Notes under the pieces: generated by a model
What the model was told of the DNA's origin: nothing
The model's input: only the letters and a program-made list of their open reading frames with translations
Databases searched by the model: none
In this document: positions 47,422 through 56,137 of the stretch, one piece after another
Layout: each line of letters begins with the position of its first letter
Position numbering within the stretch: the first letter of the stretch is position 1
Program-made: the position numbers and the translations under genes
Assembly: GCA_018062085.1 (NCBI GenBank)
Contig: JAGOSY010000024.1
Coordinates: 13,421 to 77,420, forward strand
DNA: 64,000 nt
Direction of reading: 5' to 3'
From: a bacterium
GTDB lineage: Bacteria; Cyanobacteriota; Vampirovibrionia; Obscuribacterales; Obscuribacteraceae

Positions 47422-48102
47422 ATGAAAAAAAAGCACAATCAGGAAGCGGTAGCAGAAACTAAACCGTTAAAACCAGGCGCAGAAAAAGAACACGACCAAG
47501 GTCAAGTTCCAGCGTCTACGGCACGCAACATTTTTGTCTTCGGACGACTCGAAAACGAAATAGCACTGCCAACGATTAAAAAGCTGCTGCGCTTTAATGA
47601 GCGCGATCCCAAAAAACCAATCAACATGTATATCAACTCTGCTGGTGGAAACGGATACAACGCTGATGGCATCATTGCCGTTATGCATTGTATCGAAGCA
47701 CCAGTGAATACGATTTGTTTAGGGCACGCGCTCTCTGGTGCTTGCGAAATTCTGGCCTCTGGAACAGGAGAGCGGTCAGCTTACGAGTTTTCCACTCTCA
47801 TGTTCCACCAGACTTTGTGGGAAGCCGAAGGTGATATCACTAATTTAGAAATTCAAGCCAGCCAAGGTCGACGCTTCCGCGAAGCTCAAATAGAGCTTCT
47901 GCACCGCTGCTCAGGCCAAGACAAGGCGCGAATTGCCAAAGACATCGAACGCGATCATTATCTATCAACCAAAGAAGCTCTTGAATATGGCTTGATTGAT
48001 AAGATCCTTCCGCACAGTGGCCATACCCACGGCGCAGGCCAAAAGACACTAAGCAGTAAAGCGTTAAGCAAGAAACCAGCAACAAAAAAGACGCCTAAAT
48101 AA
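47422..48102 (+). CDS. ClpP-family (MEROPS S14-like) serine protease paralog
   Basis: Aligns by eye to the E. coli ClpP core: INMYINSAGG, ICLGHALSGA (Ser), LMFHQT (His), IERDHYLSTKEALEYGLIDKIL (Asp). The N- and C-termini are non-canonical and Lys-rich. Confidence 0.8.
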   Translation: MKKKHNQEAVAETKPLKPGAEKEHDQGQVPASTARNIFVFGRLENEIALPTIKKLLRFNERDPKKPINMYINSAGGNGYNADGIIAVMHCIEAPVNTICLGHALSGACEILASGTGERSAYEFSTLMFHQTLWEAEGDITNLEIQASQGRRFREAQIELLHRCSGQDKARIAKDIERDHYLSTKEALEYGLIDKILPHSGHTHGAGQKTLSSKALSKKPATKKTPK

Positions 48103-48130
48103 GCGACCTAACTTAGAGAGAAATATAGAA

Positions 48131-48556
48131 ATGGCTACACTGAATCTCAAGATCATCACACCAGAAAGAGTTGTTTTCGACAGTCCTGTTGAACAGGTAA
48201 CGGCTGTGGCCAATGACGGTGAATTGACGATTCTTCCTGGTCACGAGCCGATCGTCACCACTCTGGCAATTGACGTACTGCGCTTCAAAATTAAGGGCGA
48301 AGAAGAAACAGCTGCTGTAATTGGCGGCATCATGAACGTCAACAATTCAGAAGTTGAAATTCTCTCTGATATGGCAGAACTCGACATCGAAATCGACGAA
48401 GCCCGCGCCAACCAAGCTAAAGCTAGGCACGAAGCAGAGAAGAGTCAGAAGACAGACAAGCTCGAGTCTTACCTCACCGAAATGGCACTATCGCGCGCCA
48501 TGGTTCGTCTGAAAGCGGCTGAAATGGCCAAGATCAGAAAAATGGGACGGCGCTAG
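48131..48556 (+). CDS. atpC: F1 ATP synthase epsilon subunit
   Basis: LKIITPERVVFDSPVEQVTAVANDGELTILPGHEPIVT is a typical epsilon beta-sandwich N-terminus. The C-terminal helices carry ARANQAKARHEAE. Confidence 0.9.
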   Translation: MATLNLKIITPERVVFDSPVEQVTAVANDGELTILPGHEPIVTTLAIDVLRFKIKGEEETAAVIGGIMNVNNSEVEILSDMAELDIEIDEARANQAKARHEAEKSQKTDKLESYLTEMALSRAMVRLKAAEMAKIRKMGRR

Positions 48557-48571
48557 AAGCCCCTAATCGAA

Positions 48572-49531
48572 CTATTCAAAAACCAATAAGGCTGACCGCA
48601 CTCTTGTTTCAGGAGTGCGGCCAATTAGCATTTGCCCTGGCGATTTGCCATTGGGAGAGGCCTGAATCATAGTCGTCGAGGTACCGCCATCAAGATTGAC
48701 GGCCTCCACTGCTCCTAAATTTTTCAGCAATTTAGCCAAATCAGCCAAAGTCAGCCCCGATGAAAATTCGTCTTGTCCTTTACCGGCTACAGCTACTATT
48801 AATAGATAGTCGTCACTAGTAAATCCCACCGCCGTTCGCGCGGCGGTACGCCCCACACCAATAGAATCAACTTGTTTGCCGTCAGCTTCAGTGCGAACAA
48901 AGGCTTCTGGCTCAGCAGTCAATTCAGGAAGTAGCCTAGGGCCTCCTTGAAGTGAAGCCTCTAGCACTCGCCCCGGAGGCAAAGGCTCATTATGTGTAGC
49001 AATTTGCACAAATGGCAATTTATCTTTGGTCTTAAGAAACCGAATTTCGCTGCGGTTATAAATCTGGGCGAGGAAGGGCTTTAATTTAGGATTTTTAGTC
49101 AAAGCCAAATTCTTCGTAGGATCGGCGCAGACCACTCCGTTTAAGACCACATAGCTAGCGCTTTCGCCATTGCTCAAATTGAAATAGCCACCATTAACAC
49201 CAAATCTAGCCTTGCTATTCTGAACAATCTTAGAAGTTGGAGCAGTTTTACTCGCGCCCATACGCGCACACGCCAGAGCCGGAGCAACTCGAAGTCGCGA
49301 TGGCACAACAATTAAGCTGCACTTATTGCCATTCTCAAGAGAAAAGCTGCCCACTAACGATCGTTTTTTTGAAGAATCTTTGTCAGAAATGACATCACGC
49401 CAACTATTAATTTGGCTAATTTTAAATTCCGAAGCAGAAGCCGAAGGTAGCAAATTAAAAGACGAAAAAACAACTATAGTACGGCAAAGGTTGACACACA
49501 GAGGTTCTTTGCCTGATCTTACAATTTTCAC
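48572..49531 (-). CDS. Phosphodiester glycosidase (NAGPA/DUF2233) family protein, secreted
   Basis: Signal-like N-terminus, then RFGVNGGYFN and AVNLDGGTSTTM, strings characteristic of the family. Confidence 0.62.
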   Translation of the reverse strand: MKIVRSGKEPLCVNLCRTIVVFSSFNLLPSASASEFKISQINSWRDVISDKDSSKKRSLVGSFSLENGNKCSLIVVPSRLRVAPALACARMGASKTAPTSKIVQNSKARFGVNGGYFNLSNGESASYVVLNGVVCADPTKNLALTKNPKLKPFLAQIYNRSEIRFLKTKDKLPFVQIATHNEPLPPGRVLEASLQGGPRLLPELTAEPEAFVRTEADGKQVDSIGVGRTAARTAVGFTSDDYLLIVAVAGKGQDEFSSGLTLADLAKLLKNLGAVEAVNLDGGTSTTMIQASPNGKSPGQMLIGRTPETRVRSALLVFE

Positions 49532-49690
49532 GAGCCCTCATTTGAGTCTTGGGTAAACCAATATCATAGTAATAGCTATTCTAGCCAAACCCTAAAATTG
49601 CCGCCAACCGCAACCAATCAAAGCCAACTATGGCCAACTAAAGATTAACAGGCTAGTAAAGTGGAATAAAGATATACTGGCTCCTGACAT

Positions 49691-52363
49691 TTGGCATGCC
49701 CAATGGCAAGTGACCAGTACCATTTTGACAGCGGTACGGCCATGGACCCGGATTTTCCTCAAGACAGCAATCAATTCCAACGAGCGCATTTTGAAGCTCT
49801 CGCCAAGCTGCAACAAGGTGAATCGCAACAGTTAGAACTATTCAAAGCTCTCTCTGATTTATTACCAGGATTCATCTGGACAGCAACAGCAGACGGCCAA
49901 ATTGATTACATCAACAAACGCTGGTATGAATGGAGCGGCTCCTCAGAAGCAGAAAGCTTGGGCGCGGGCTGGCTCTCCAACGTCTATGGTGAAGACGTAG
50001 AACAAATGCGCAGCCGCTGGCAACAGTCAGTCGATACAGGGGCTCCATATGAATGCGAATATCGCCTTTTGCGTCAAGACGGCACACCAAGATGGCACTT
50101 GGTGCGGGGCGTAGCAAGCCTTGACGATAGCGGAAAGATAGTCAAATGGTTTGGCTCCTCATTAGAAGTGCACGATCAACACGCCACCAAAGATGAACTA
50201 GCCAATCGCCTCGAAGAACTTTCTCGCGTCAATGCCAAAACAGAAGAAGCGAAACAGCAAACAGCTGAAAGCGAATTGCTGTTCCGCACAATGTGTGAAG
50301 CCTCACCAGAGCTAATCTGGACAGCCGACGAGCACGGTAACACCACATATTTCAATGCTCAATTTATCCATTATTGTGGACTGACTGACAGCGACCGCTC
50401 TCACTTAGGCTGGACGGCATTAGTGCATCCAGAAGAAAGAGAGCAGGTCGTATTGAACTGGCAAAACTGTGTAGCTGAGTTTCGCGACTTTGAAATTGAA
50501 ATGCGCATGAAACGCTTCGATGGTGAGTACCGATGGTTTCTCGTTCGCAGTTTGCCAATTAAAGATGATAGTGGTGCCACCTTGAGCTGGTGCGGCTCAT
50601 GCACCGACATAGATACACACCGTCGCTTGGTCACACAGCTAAAAATGGCAAGAGATCAGGCCCAGTCAGCCCTCAAGATCAAGTCAGAGTTTGTTGCCAA
50701 CGTTAGTCATGAGCTGCGAACACCGTTAAATGGCATACTGGGCATGGTCGAAGTACTGTTGAGAGGCGATCTTAGCCCCAAATCAAAAGAGCACGTCAGT
50801 ACCATTCGCGAAGCTGGTGCTTCACTACTGACCATTATCAATGACATTCTCGACTTCTCAAAAATAGAAGCGGGCAAAATGGAATTATCCAGCACTCATT
50901 TCAACCCACTTTCCGTGGCAGAAGGTGTAGCTGAAATATTGGCACCCCAAGCGGCCGCCAAAAACTTACTTTTGCTAGCAACCGTAGAGCGAACTATTCC
51001 AGATACTGTTTTTGGCGACCCGTTAAGACTAAGGCAAGTTTTGCTAAATCTCTGCGGCAACGCTATTAAATTCACAGACCGAGGACAAGTTATTCTCAAA
51101 GTTGAGGCTTCTAGTGGTATCAATGGCCCTGATCAATTGCAGTTCTCAGTTATAGACAGTGGCATTGGCATTTCGAAAGCTTTTCAAAAACGGCTATTCG
51201 AGCCATTCATGCAGGAAGAAGGCTCGGCTTATCGCAGCACCGGTGGAACCGGTTTAGGCTTGAGCATCTCGAAACACCTGGTTGAATTGATGGGAGGGAA
51301 GCTCATGGTTGATAGCCAAGAACAGCTTGGTTCTACTTTTAGCTTTGCCCTCCCGCTAGCCACCAGTGCAGATGCCAGCGATTGGACCGCTCGCGCCTGG
51401 GAGGGCAGCTACGGCCAGATCAATCTTCTCACTCTGGAGCCACGCCATAACAATCAATCTGCTATTTGCTCGCATCTCTGCGCCCTAGGAATCGCTGTAC
51501 AATCGACAAACGATCATGTACGAGCCCTAGAGCTTCTAGAAGGATCAAGACAATCGCCAGAAAAAATCCAAGCCATTTGCCTTGATACCATTCGCTACAG
51601 AAAGCAGAGTGAGCAATTCTTAGAAGCCTTCAAACGCTCGAAAGTATTTGGCCTCGTTAGTGTCATTGAAATCGGCACCAGCGAATCACTCAGCCAAGCG
51701 CGCAGTACGCTAGTAGCGCCCAGAACCAGTCATCTTGCCATTCCGCTGAGGCGCAAACAAGTAGCAGCATGCCTGGAACATCTCTCTGGTTGGAAACCAA
51801 AAGAGCGAAAAAGCTATACGCAGACAATGGAAGTGCCCGCTATCAAAAATGAAGTCAGCAATGGCTCCACCGAACCATTGACTCAAGCGAAGAGGCAATC
51901 TGGCATCACAAGAAGAGCGCTGGTAGCGGATGATAACAAAATCAATCAACAAGTAGCATTGCTATTTCTACAAGACTTAGGTTTCATAGTTGATGTTACC
52001 GCCGACGGCATTGAAGCAGTTAGTGCCTTCAATAACAACCACTACGATATGGTTTTCCTTGACTGTCAAATGCCAGGCCTAGATGGCTTTGAAGCGTGCA
52101 AGATCATAAAAGAGATTCAGCAGAGACGAGGCCTGAACGTACCTGTCATTGCCGTAACGGCCAACGCTATTTCTGGAAGTAGGGAAGAATGTCTTGATCG
52201 CGGCATGGACGATTATTTGAGTAAGCCCATTGACCCTGCCGCCATGAGCAAACTTGTGGCACGATGGCTCGGTGTCAGCGATATCAAAATTACTATTGTG
52301 CCCAGCCAAGAATCTACCCCAGACGAGCAAGACCACGAGCGTCGCAGCTACAGTCTTCCGTGA
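49691..52363 (+). CDS. Hybrid sensor histidine kinase (2x PAS, HisKA, HATPase_c, degenerate middle region, REC)
   Basis: PAS units: FIWTATADGQIDYINKRWYEWSG and LIWTADEHGNTTYFNAQFIHYCG. H-box SHELRTPLNGILG. N/G boxes LLNLCGNAIKFT, DSGIGI, GTGLGLSISK. Receiver VADDNKINQ...FLDCQMPGLDG...KP. Start TTG 49691 or ATG 49703. Confidence 0.9.
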   Translation: MACPMASDQYHFDSGTAMDPDFPQDSNQFQRAHFEALAKLQQGESQQLELFKALSDLLPGFIWTATADGQIDYINKRWYEWSGSSEAESLGAGWLSNVYGEDVEQMRSRWQQSVDTGAPYECEYRLLRQDGTPRWHLVRGVASLDDSGKIVKWFGSSLEVHDQHATKDELANRLEELSRVNAKTEEAKQQTAESELLFRTMCEASPELIWTADEHGNTTYFNAQFIHYCGLTDSDRSHLGWTALVHPEEREQVVLNWQNCVAEFRDFEIEMRMKRFDGEYRWFLVRSLPIKDDSGATLSWCGSCTDIDTHRRLVTQLKMARDQAQSALKIKSEFVANVSHELRTPLNGILGMVEVLLRGDLSPKSKEHVSTIREAGASLLTIINDILDFSKIEAGKMELSSTHFNPLSVAEGVAEILAPQAAAKNLLLLATVERTIPDTVFGDPLRLRQVLLNLCGNAIKFTDRGQVILKVEASSGINGPDQLQFSVIDSGIGISKAFQKRLFEPFMQEEGSAYRSTGGTGLGLSISKHLVELMGGKLMVDSQEQLGSTFSFALPLATSADASDWTARAWEGSYGQINLLTLEPRHNNQSAICSHLCALGIAVQSTNDHVRALELLEGSRQSPEKIQAICLDTIRYRKQSEQFLEAFKRSKVFGLVSVIEIGTSESLSQARSTLVAPRTSHLAIPLRRKQVAACLEHLSGWKPKERKSYTQTMEVPAIKNEVSNGSTEPLTQAKRQSGITRRALVADDNKINQQVALLFLQDLGFIVDVTADGIEAVSAFNNNHYDMVFLDCQMPGLDGFEACKIIKEIQQRRGLNVPVIAVTANAISGSREECLDRGMDDYLSKPIDPAAMSKLVARWLGVSDIKITIVPSQESTPDEQDHERRSYSLP

Positions 52364-52391
52364 TTGGTTTTGCCTCAGAAGCCCCTTTCCT

Positions 52392-53318
52392 TTAACGGCC
52401 GCTCAAAGCAAAGGCTGTAGCGTACGAACCTTGCTCAATGTCAGTCAGCAAAGTGCGACCTTCTTGCGGTGTCCAGCCTAGTTTTTGCATTGCTTTTTCG
52501 CCCGATGCCCGGTTGTTCATAGCAAAGAACATTGAGACTACATCACCAAATACTTCGTTGGCTTCAGCCGCTGAAATACTTTGGGCCGGTACTTTAAGAG
52601 TACGACCGACTGCTTCGGCAATGGTCTTAACTGGTATTTCAGACTCAGCGCTGAGTTGGAAGATATCGCCAGATTCGCCTTTTTCTAAGGCCAACATATA
52701 ACCTGCCACCACATCGTCAACGTGAGCAGCACACAAAGCATTTTCACCAGACTCAATGTAAGCAGCCATTCTGCGCTTTTGACCGCTTTCCATCATCATC
52801 GGAATGAAGGTGCTGCCAGCGTGACCATAAACAAGAATAGGCAGACGTAAAACAATAGTTTTGATACCATTGTTTGCAGTAGCAAGCGCGGCTTGCTCGG
52901 CTCTATAGCGCATTGAAAGTGGATGGCTCAGATCCGGAACGGTCTCTTCGGTAGCGATATTCTCACCGGTATCGCCAACGACACCAGTAGCTGAAGTAAC
53001 GAGAAGTGGCTTATTGCTTCCAGCTAGGGCATTTCCTAAGGCATGCATGAGATTACACTCAGTTTCAATTGAACCAGAGTACTGACCAAAATTGTGAATG
53101 AAAGCAGTGTGGATAATGGCATCAGCGCTACTAGCCAAACGGGCCAAACGCTCAGGTTCATTGAGATTTCCTGAGACCGGTTCGATGCCTGCCTTAAGCA
53201 GCTTCTGAGCGGCAATATCGTTGCGAGCCAAACCGTTCACTGAGTAACCAGCATTAGTTAGTTGCCTGCCGATGCGTGAGCCGACATAACCACTGGCGCC
53301 GGTAAGAAATACTTTCAT
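52392..53318 (-). CDS. NAD(P)-binding SDR / NmrA-like oxidoreductase
   Basis: ATG 53318 gives MKVFLTGASGYVGSRIG with GGAGGG RBS. The longer track ORF, extending to 53369, would run through the terminator hairpin. Confidence 0.8.
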   Translation of the reverse strand: MKVFLTGASGYVGSRIGRQLTNAGYSVNGLARNDIAAQKLLKAGIEPVSGNLNEPERLARLASSADAIIHTAFIHNFGQYSGSIETECNLMHALGNALAGSNKPLLVTSATGVVGDTGENIATEETVPDLSHPLSMRYRAEQAALATANNGIKTIVLRLPILVYGHAGSTFIPMMMESGQKRRMAAYIESGENALCAAHVDDVVAGYMLALEKGESGDIFQLSAESEIPVKTIAEAVGRTLKVPAQSISAAEANEVFGDVVSMFFAMNNRASGEKAMQKLGWTPQEGRTLLTDIEQGSYATAFALSGR

Positions 53319-53343
53319 GAACCCTCCAATACTTTCTTGATTT

Positions 53344-53379
53344 AGACAGAAGAAAGGCCGGTTATGCACCGGCCTTTCT
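53344..53379 (-). terminator. Probable rho-independent terminator after the aldehyde dehydrogenase gene
   Basis: The minus strand reads AGAAAGGCCGG-tgcataa-CCGGCCTTTCT followed by tctgtct. The stem is 11 bp and GC-rich; the tail is only moderately U-rich. Confidence 0.6.
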
Positions 53380-53399
53380 CAATGCGCTCCAGAGGAGCA

Positions 53400-54893
53400 C
53401 TAATCCATCATGTTGACCCAAACTGATTTGATATTGGTGTAAAGCTCGATTGAATGTTTACCGAGCTCACGACCATAACCACTCATCTTGTATCCGCCGA
53501 ATGGTACAGCTGGATCAAAGACGTTGTAGCAGTTAACCCAGATGGTGCCAGCCTTAATTAGCGAAGCAAACTTGTGGGCTTTCTTGATATCACGGGTCCA
53601 AACAGCGCCAGACAAACCAAATGTGGTGGCATTGGCTTGCTCAGCAACTTCATCCATGCTCTTGAAAGGAATGACGGCCAATACTGGACCGAACACTTCC
53701 TCTTGGGCAATGCGCATGGTGTTATTGACGCCAGTCAAAACGGTCGGTTGAACAAAGAAGCCTTTCTTCATATCGGCTGGTGACTGACCACCGCAAGCAA
53801 CCACAGCACCTTCGCCCTTAGCGATTTCGATGTAGTTAAGAACGCGCTCTTGCTGTTCTTTGCTGACTTGAGGACCGATATGGGTCTTCTCATCAGAACC
53901 ATCGCCCTGACGCATTTTAGCAACGCGCTCTTTGAGCTTGGTCATGAACTCATCATGAATGCTTTCTTCAAGAAATAGTCTTGAACCAGCGCAGCAAACT
54001 TGACCTTGGTTGAAGAAGATACCAGTGATAGCGCCTTTAACAGCAGCATCAATATCAGCGTCAGCAAAGACAATGTTTGGAGCCTTACCGCCGAGTTCGA
54101 GCGATACGCGCTTGAGGTTGCCGGTAGAAGCTTGAAGAATCAGCTTGCCTGTTTTGTCTTCGCCAGTGAAAGCGACTTTGTCGATGTCCATGTGGCGAGA
54201 AATAGCCTCACCAGCGCCATCGCCGCCAAAACCAGTAACAATATTGATTACGCCATCAGGGAAACCAGCTTCCATAGCCAGTTCGCCAATACGCAATGCT
54301 GTCAAAGGAGTTTGTTCAGCTGGCTTAAGAATAACGGTGTTTCCGCAAGCTAGGGCTGGGCCCCATTTCCATGCCATCATCAACATGGGGAAGTTCCATG
54401 GAATGATTTGACCAACAACACCTACTGGCTCACGCAGAGTGTAAGTGAAGAAGTTGCTATTAGCATTGATGGTCTCGCCTTCGAGCTTAGTAGCCCAACC
54501 AGCGTAATAGCGGAAAGTTTCAACTGTTTGTGGCACATCAACATAACGAGATTCTTTGATCGGCTTACCATTATCAAGAGTCTCAAGTTGGGCCAATTCA
54601 TCGGCATTCTTTTCAATCAAGTCAGCAAGATTGAGAAGCAACTTAGCGCGTTGAGCAGTGCTCATTGTTTTCCATGGACCAGACTCGAAAGCGCGACGAG
54701 CAGCTTTTACAGCCAAATCGACGTCTTCTTTTGAGCCCTCAGCCACGCGGCAGAGCACTTCTTCAGTAGCTGGGTTGATAGTTTCAAAGGTTTTGCCAGA
54801 CTTGGCATCAACCCATTTACCATCAATTAAAAGCTTCTGAGTTTTTGACAGAAATTTCTTGCAAAGTAGTTCTTTTTCATGGACGACGGCCAC
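53400..54893 (-). CDS. NAD(P)+-dependent aldehyde dehydrogenase
   Basis: FPMLMMAWKWGPALACGNTVILKPAEQTP, catalytic Glu in LELGGKAP, catalytic Cys in FFNQGQVCCAGSR, and EEVFGPV. GTG start. Confidence 0.92.
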   Translation of the reverse strand: MAVVHEKELLCKKFLSKTQKLLIDGKWVDAKSGKTFETINPATEEVLCRVAEGSKEDVDLAVKAARRAFESGPWKTMSTAQRAKLLLNLADLIEKNADELAQLETLDNGKPIKESRYVDVPQTVETFRYYAGWATKLEGETINANSNFFTYTLREPVGVVGQIIPWNFPMLMMAWKWGPALACGNTVILKPAEQTPLTALRIGELAMEAGFPDGVINIVTGFGGDGAGEAISRHMDIDKVAFTGEDKTGKLILQASTGNLKRVSLELGGKAPNIVFADADIDAAVKGAITGIFFNQGQVCCAGSRLFLEESIHDEFMTKLKERVAKMRQGDGSDEKTHIGPQVSKEQQERVLNYIEIAKGEGAVVACGGQSPADMKKGFFVQPTVLTGVNNTMRIAQEEVFGPVLAVIPFKSMDEVAEQANATTFGLSGAVWTRDIKKAHKFASLIKAGTIWVNCYNVFDPAVPFGGYKMSGYGRELGKHSIELYTNIKSVWVNMMD

Positions 54894-55052
54894 AGCAGAC
54901 CCTCCCAGATAAATGGATGTATGGATGCCAGGCGACCGAGGGGCCGCTTTTGCTTAGCATCAAATTTATCACGAACCATTAAGTAATACTGCGAAGCCCC
55001 AGATCTCTTAAGCTTGGCCTAATATTTAGAACCTTAAGAACTGCTCAGGAAG

Positions 55053-55517
55053 TCACTCAGGCTCGATTTGATTCACACTAATTGGTGTGTAAATCACAAA
55101 GAGCTTATAAAGTTCTTGCGAAAATGAGTCTCGTGCTTCGAGGTCTAATAGACAACTCTGGCCCGACTGTGGCTGACATAGTACGGGGTAGTCGACGCAG
55201 AGATTGCATGGTGAGCATCTGACAGAGATGTGCTTGGCTGTTGTGGAGTTAGCCATGAAATGCACTCCAAGTTCCACGAGTTTCTCGGCCTTACAAATGG
55301 CGAGGCCTTTCAATTTTCTTGATTTAAACCAATTGAGCGCCTCGTCGCTGTTTTCAAGATGACGAAGACGCAACATGGAAATTCCAGAATGGTCTTTCAT
55401 TTGACGAGCGAAGTCTGACTTGCGTAACTTCGAGAAGCCCCAAGACTCACTTGGACGCCTTAGAAAAACTCTTAAAATATCCTCTGATGGATCAAGAAAA
55501 ATCTCAGTTTCTGTCAT
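55053..55517 (-). CDS. Hypothetical protein (154 aa), downstream member of a tight two-gene module
   Basis: ORF starting 12 nt after the stop of the 55530..55904 gene, with no SD in the gap. I recognise no family. Confidence 0.5.
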   Translation of the reverse strand: MTETEIFLDPSEDILRVFLRRPSESWGFSKLRKSDFARQMKDHSGISMLRLRHLENSDEALNWFKSRKLKGLAICKAEKLVELGVHFMANSTTAKHISVRCSPCNLCVDYPVLCQPQSGQSCLLDLEARDSFSQELYKLFVIYTPISVNQIEPE

Positions 55518-55529
55518 CCAATATGCTTT

Positions 55530-55904
55530 CTAAGAAGCGAATTTTCTAAGTTCGAGTGGAACCACTTTCGAATCAAGAACAGTCTGATTGCTATCAATTG
55601 TAAGACGTGCCAGAACTCGTTGGCCCGAAAATATTAACTCAAGGCTACGATTAGCGGCTTCCCAAGTCAGTCCGATTTGTCCATCAGGACCTAACCAAAC
55701 ATCAGGTGTGCTTAGATTTGGAAATCCAGCTAGTTGGCGAAGATCTCTAACAGTTTGTTTGGCAAATTCATATAAACCGCTCGGAGGCAAAACCTCTCCC
55801 TCATCGGCATATTCAGAAGCATCCCGCTCAAGCGCATCTAGGCGCTGGCATATTTCTTCGTACCAGTCCAAGTGAGTTTTAGGATGCTTTATTGTTGCTG
55901 TCAT
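55530..55904 (-). CDS. Hypothetical protein (124 aa), upstream member of a tight two-gene module
   Basis: ORF with a helical N-terminal half and a beta-rich C-terminal half (PDVWLGPDGQIGLTWEAANRSLELIFSG). I recognise no family. Confidence 0.5.
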   Translation of the reverse strand: MTATIKHPKTHLDWYEEICQRLDALERDASEYADEGEVLPPSGLYEFAKQTVRDLRQLAGFPNLSTPDVWLGPDGQIGLTWEAANRSLELIFSGQRVLARLTIDSNQTVLDSKVVPLELRKFAS

Positions 55905-56074
55905 ATCCCAATTGTAGTCCAGATTAACTCTGCTCGTGCAACCAAATGATTTTCTTGTTTCTAAGTACCCATCGTTCAGGTTTCTAAACTAGCCTAGGTC
56001 AATCGAGCCGAATGTCAATACAACTTGCATTACAGGGGCCAGAAGGTGGCAGGTTCACACACTAGCTCATCCCC

Positions 56075-56127
56075 CGATAGGCTCTCGCAGAGCTATAGTG
56101 GAGTAAGGAAACACGAGCAGCCTATCG
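56075..56127 (+). promoter_or_regulatory. Long imperfect hairpin in the leader of the 56138 gene
   Basis: cgataggctctcg (56075-56087) pairs with cgag-c-agcctatcg (56114-56127): 13 bp with a 1-nt bulge and a 26-nt loop. It ends about 10 nt before the start codon region. Confidence 0.4.
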
Positions 56128-56137
56128 TGATGACGAG

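Noticed and set aside
53319-53369. Upstream extension of the SDR ORF (track start 53369)
   Set aside because: The extension runs through the terminator hairpin at 53351-53379. ATG 53318 has a GGAGGG RBS and gives the canonical MKVFLTGASGYVG N-terminus.
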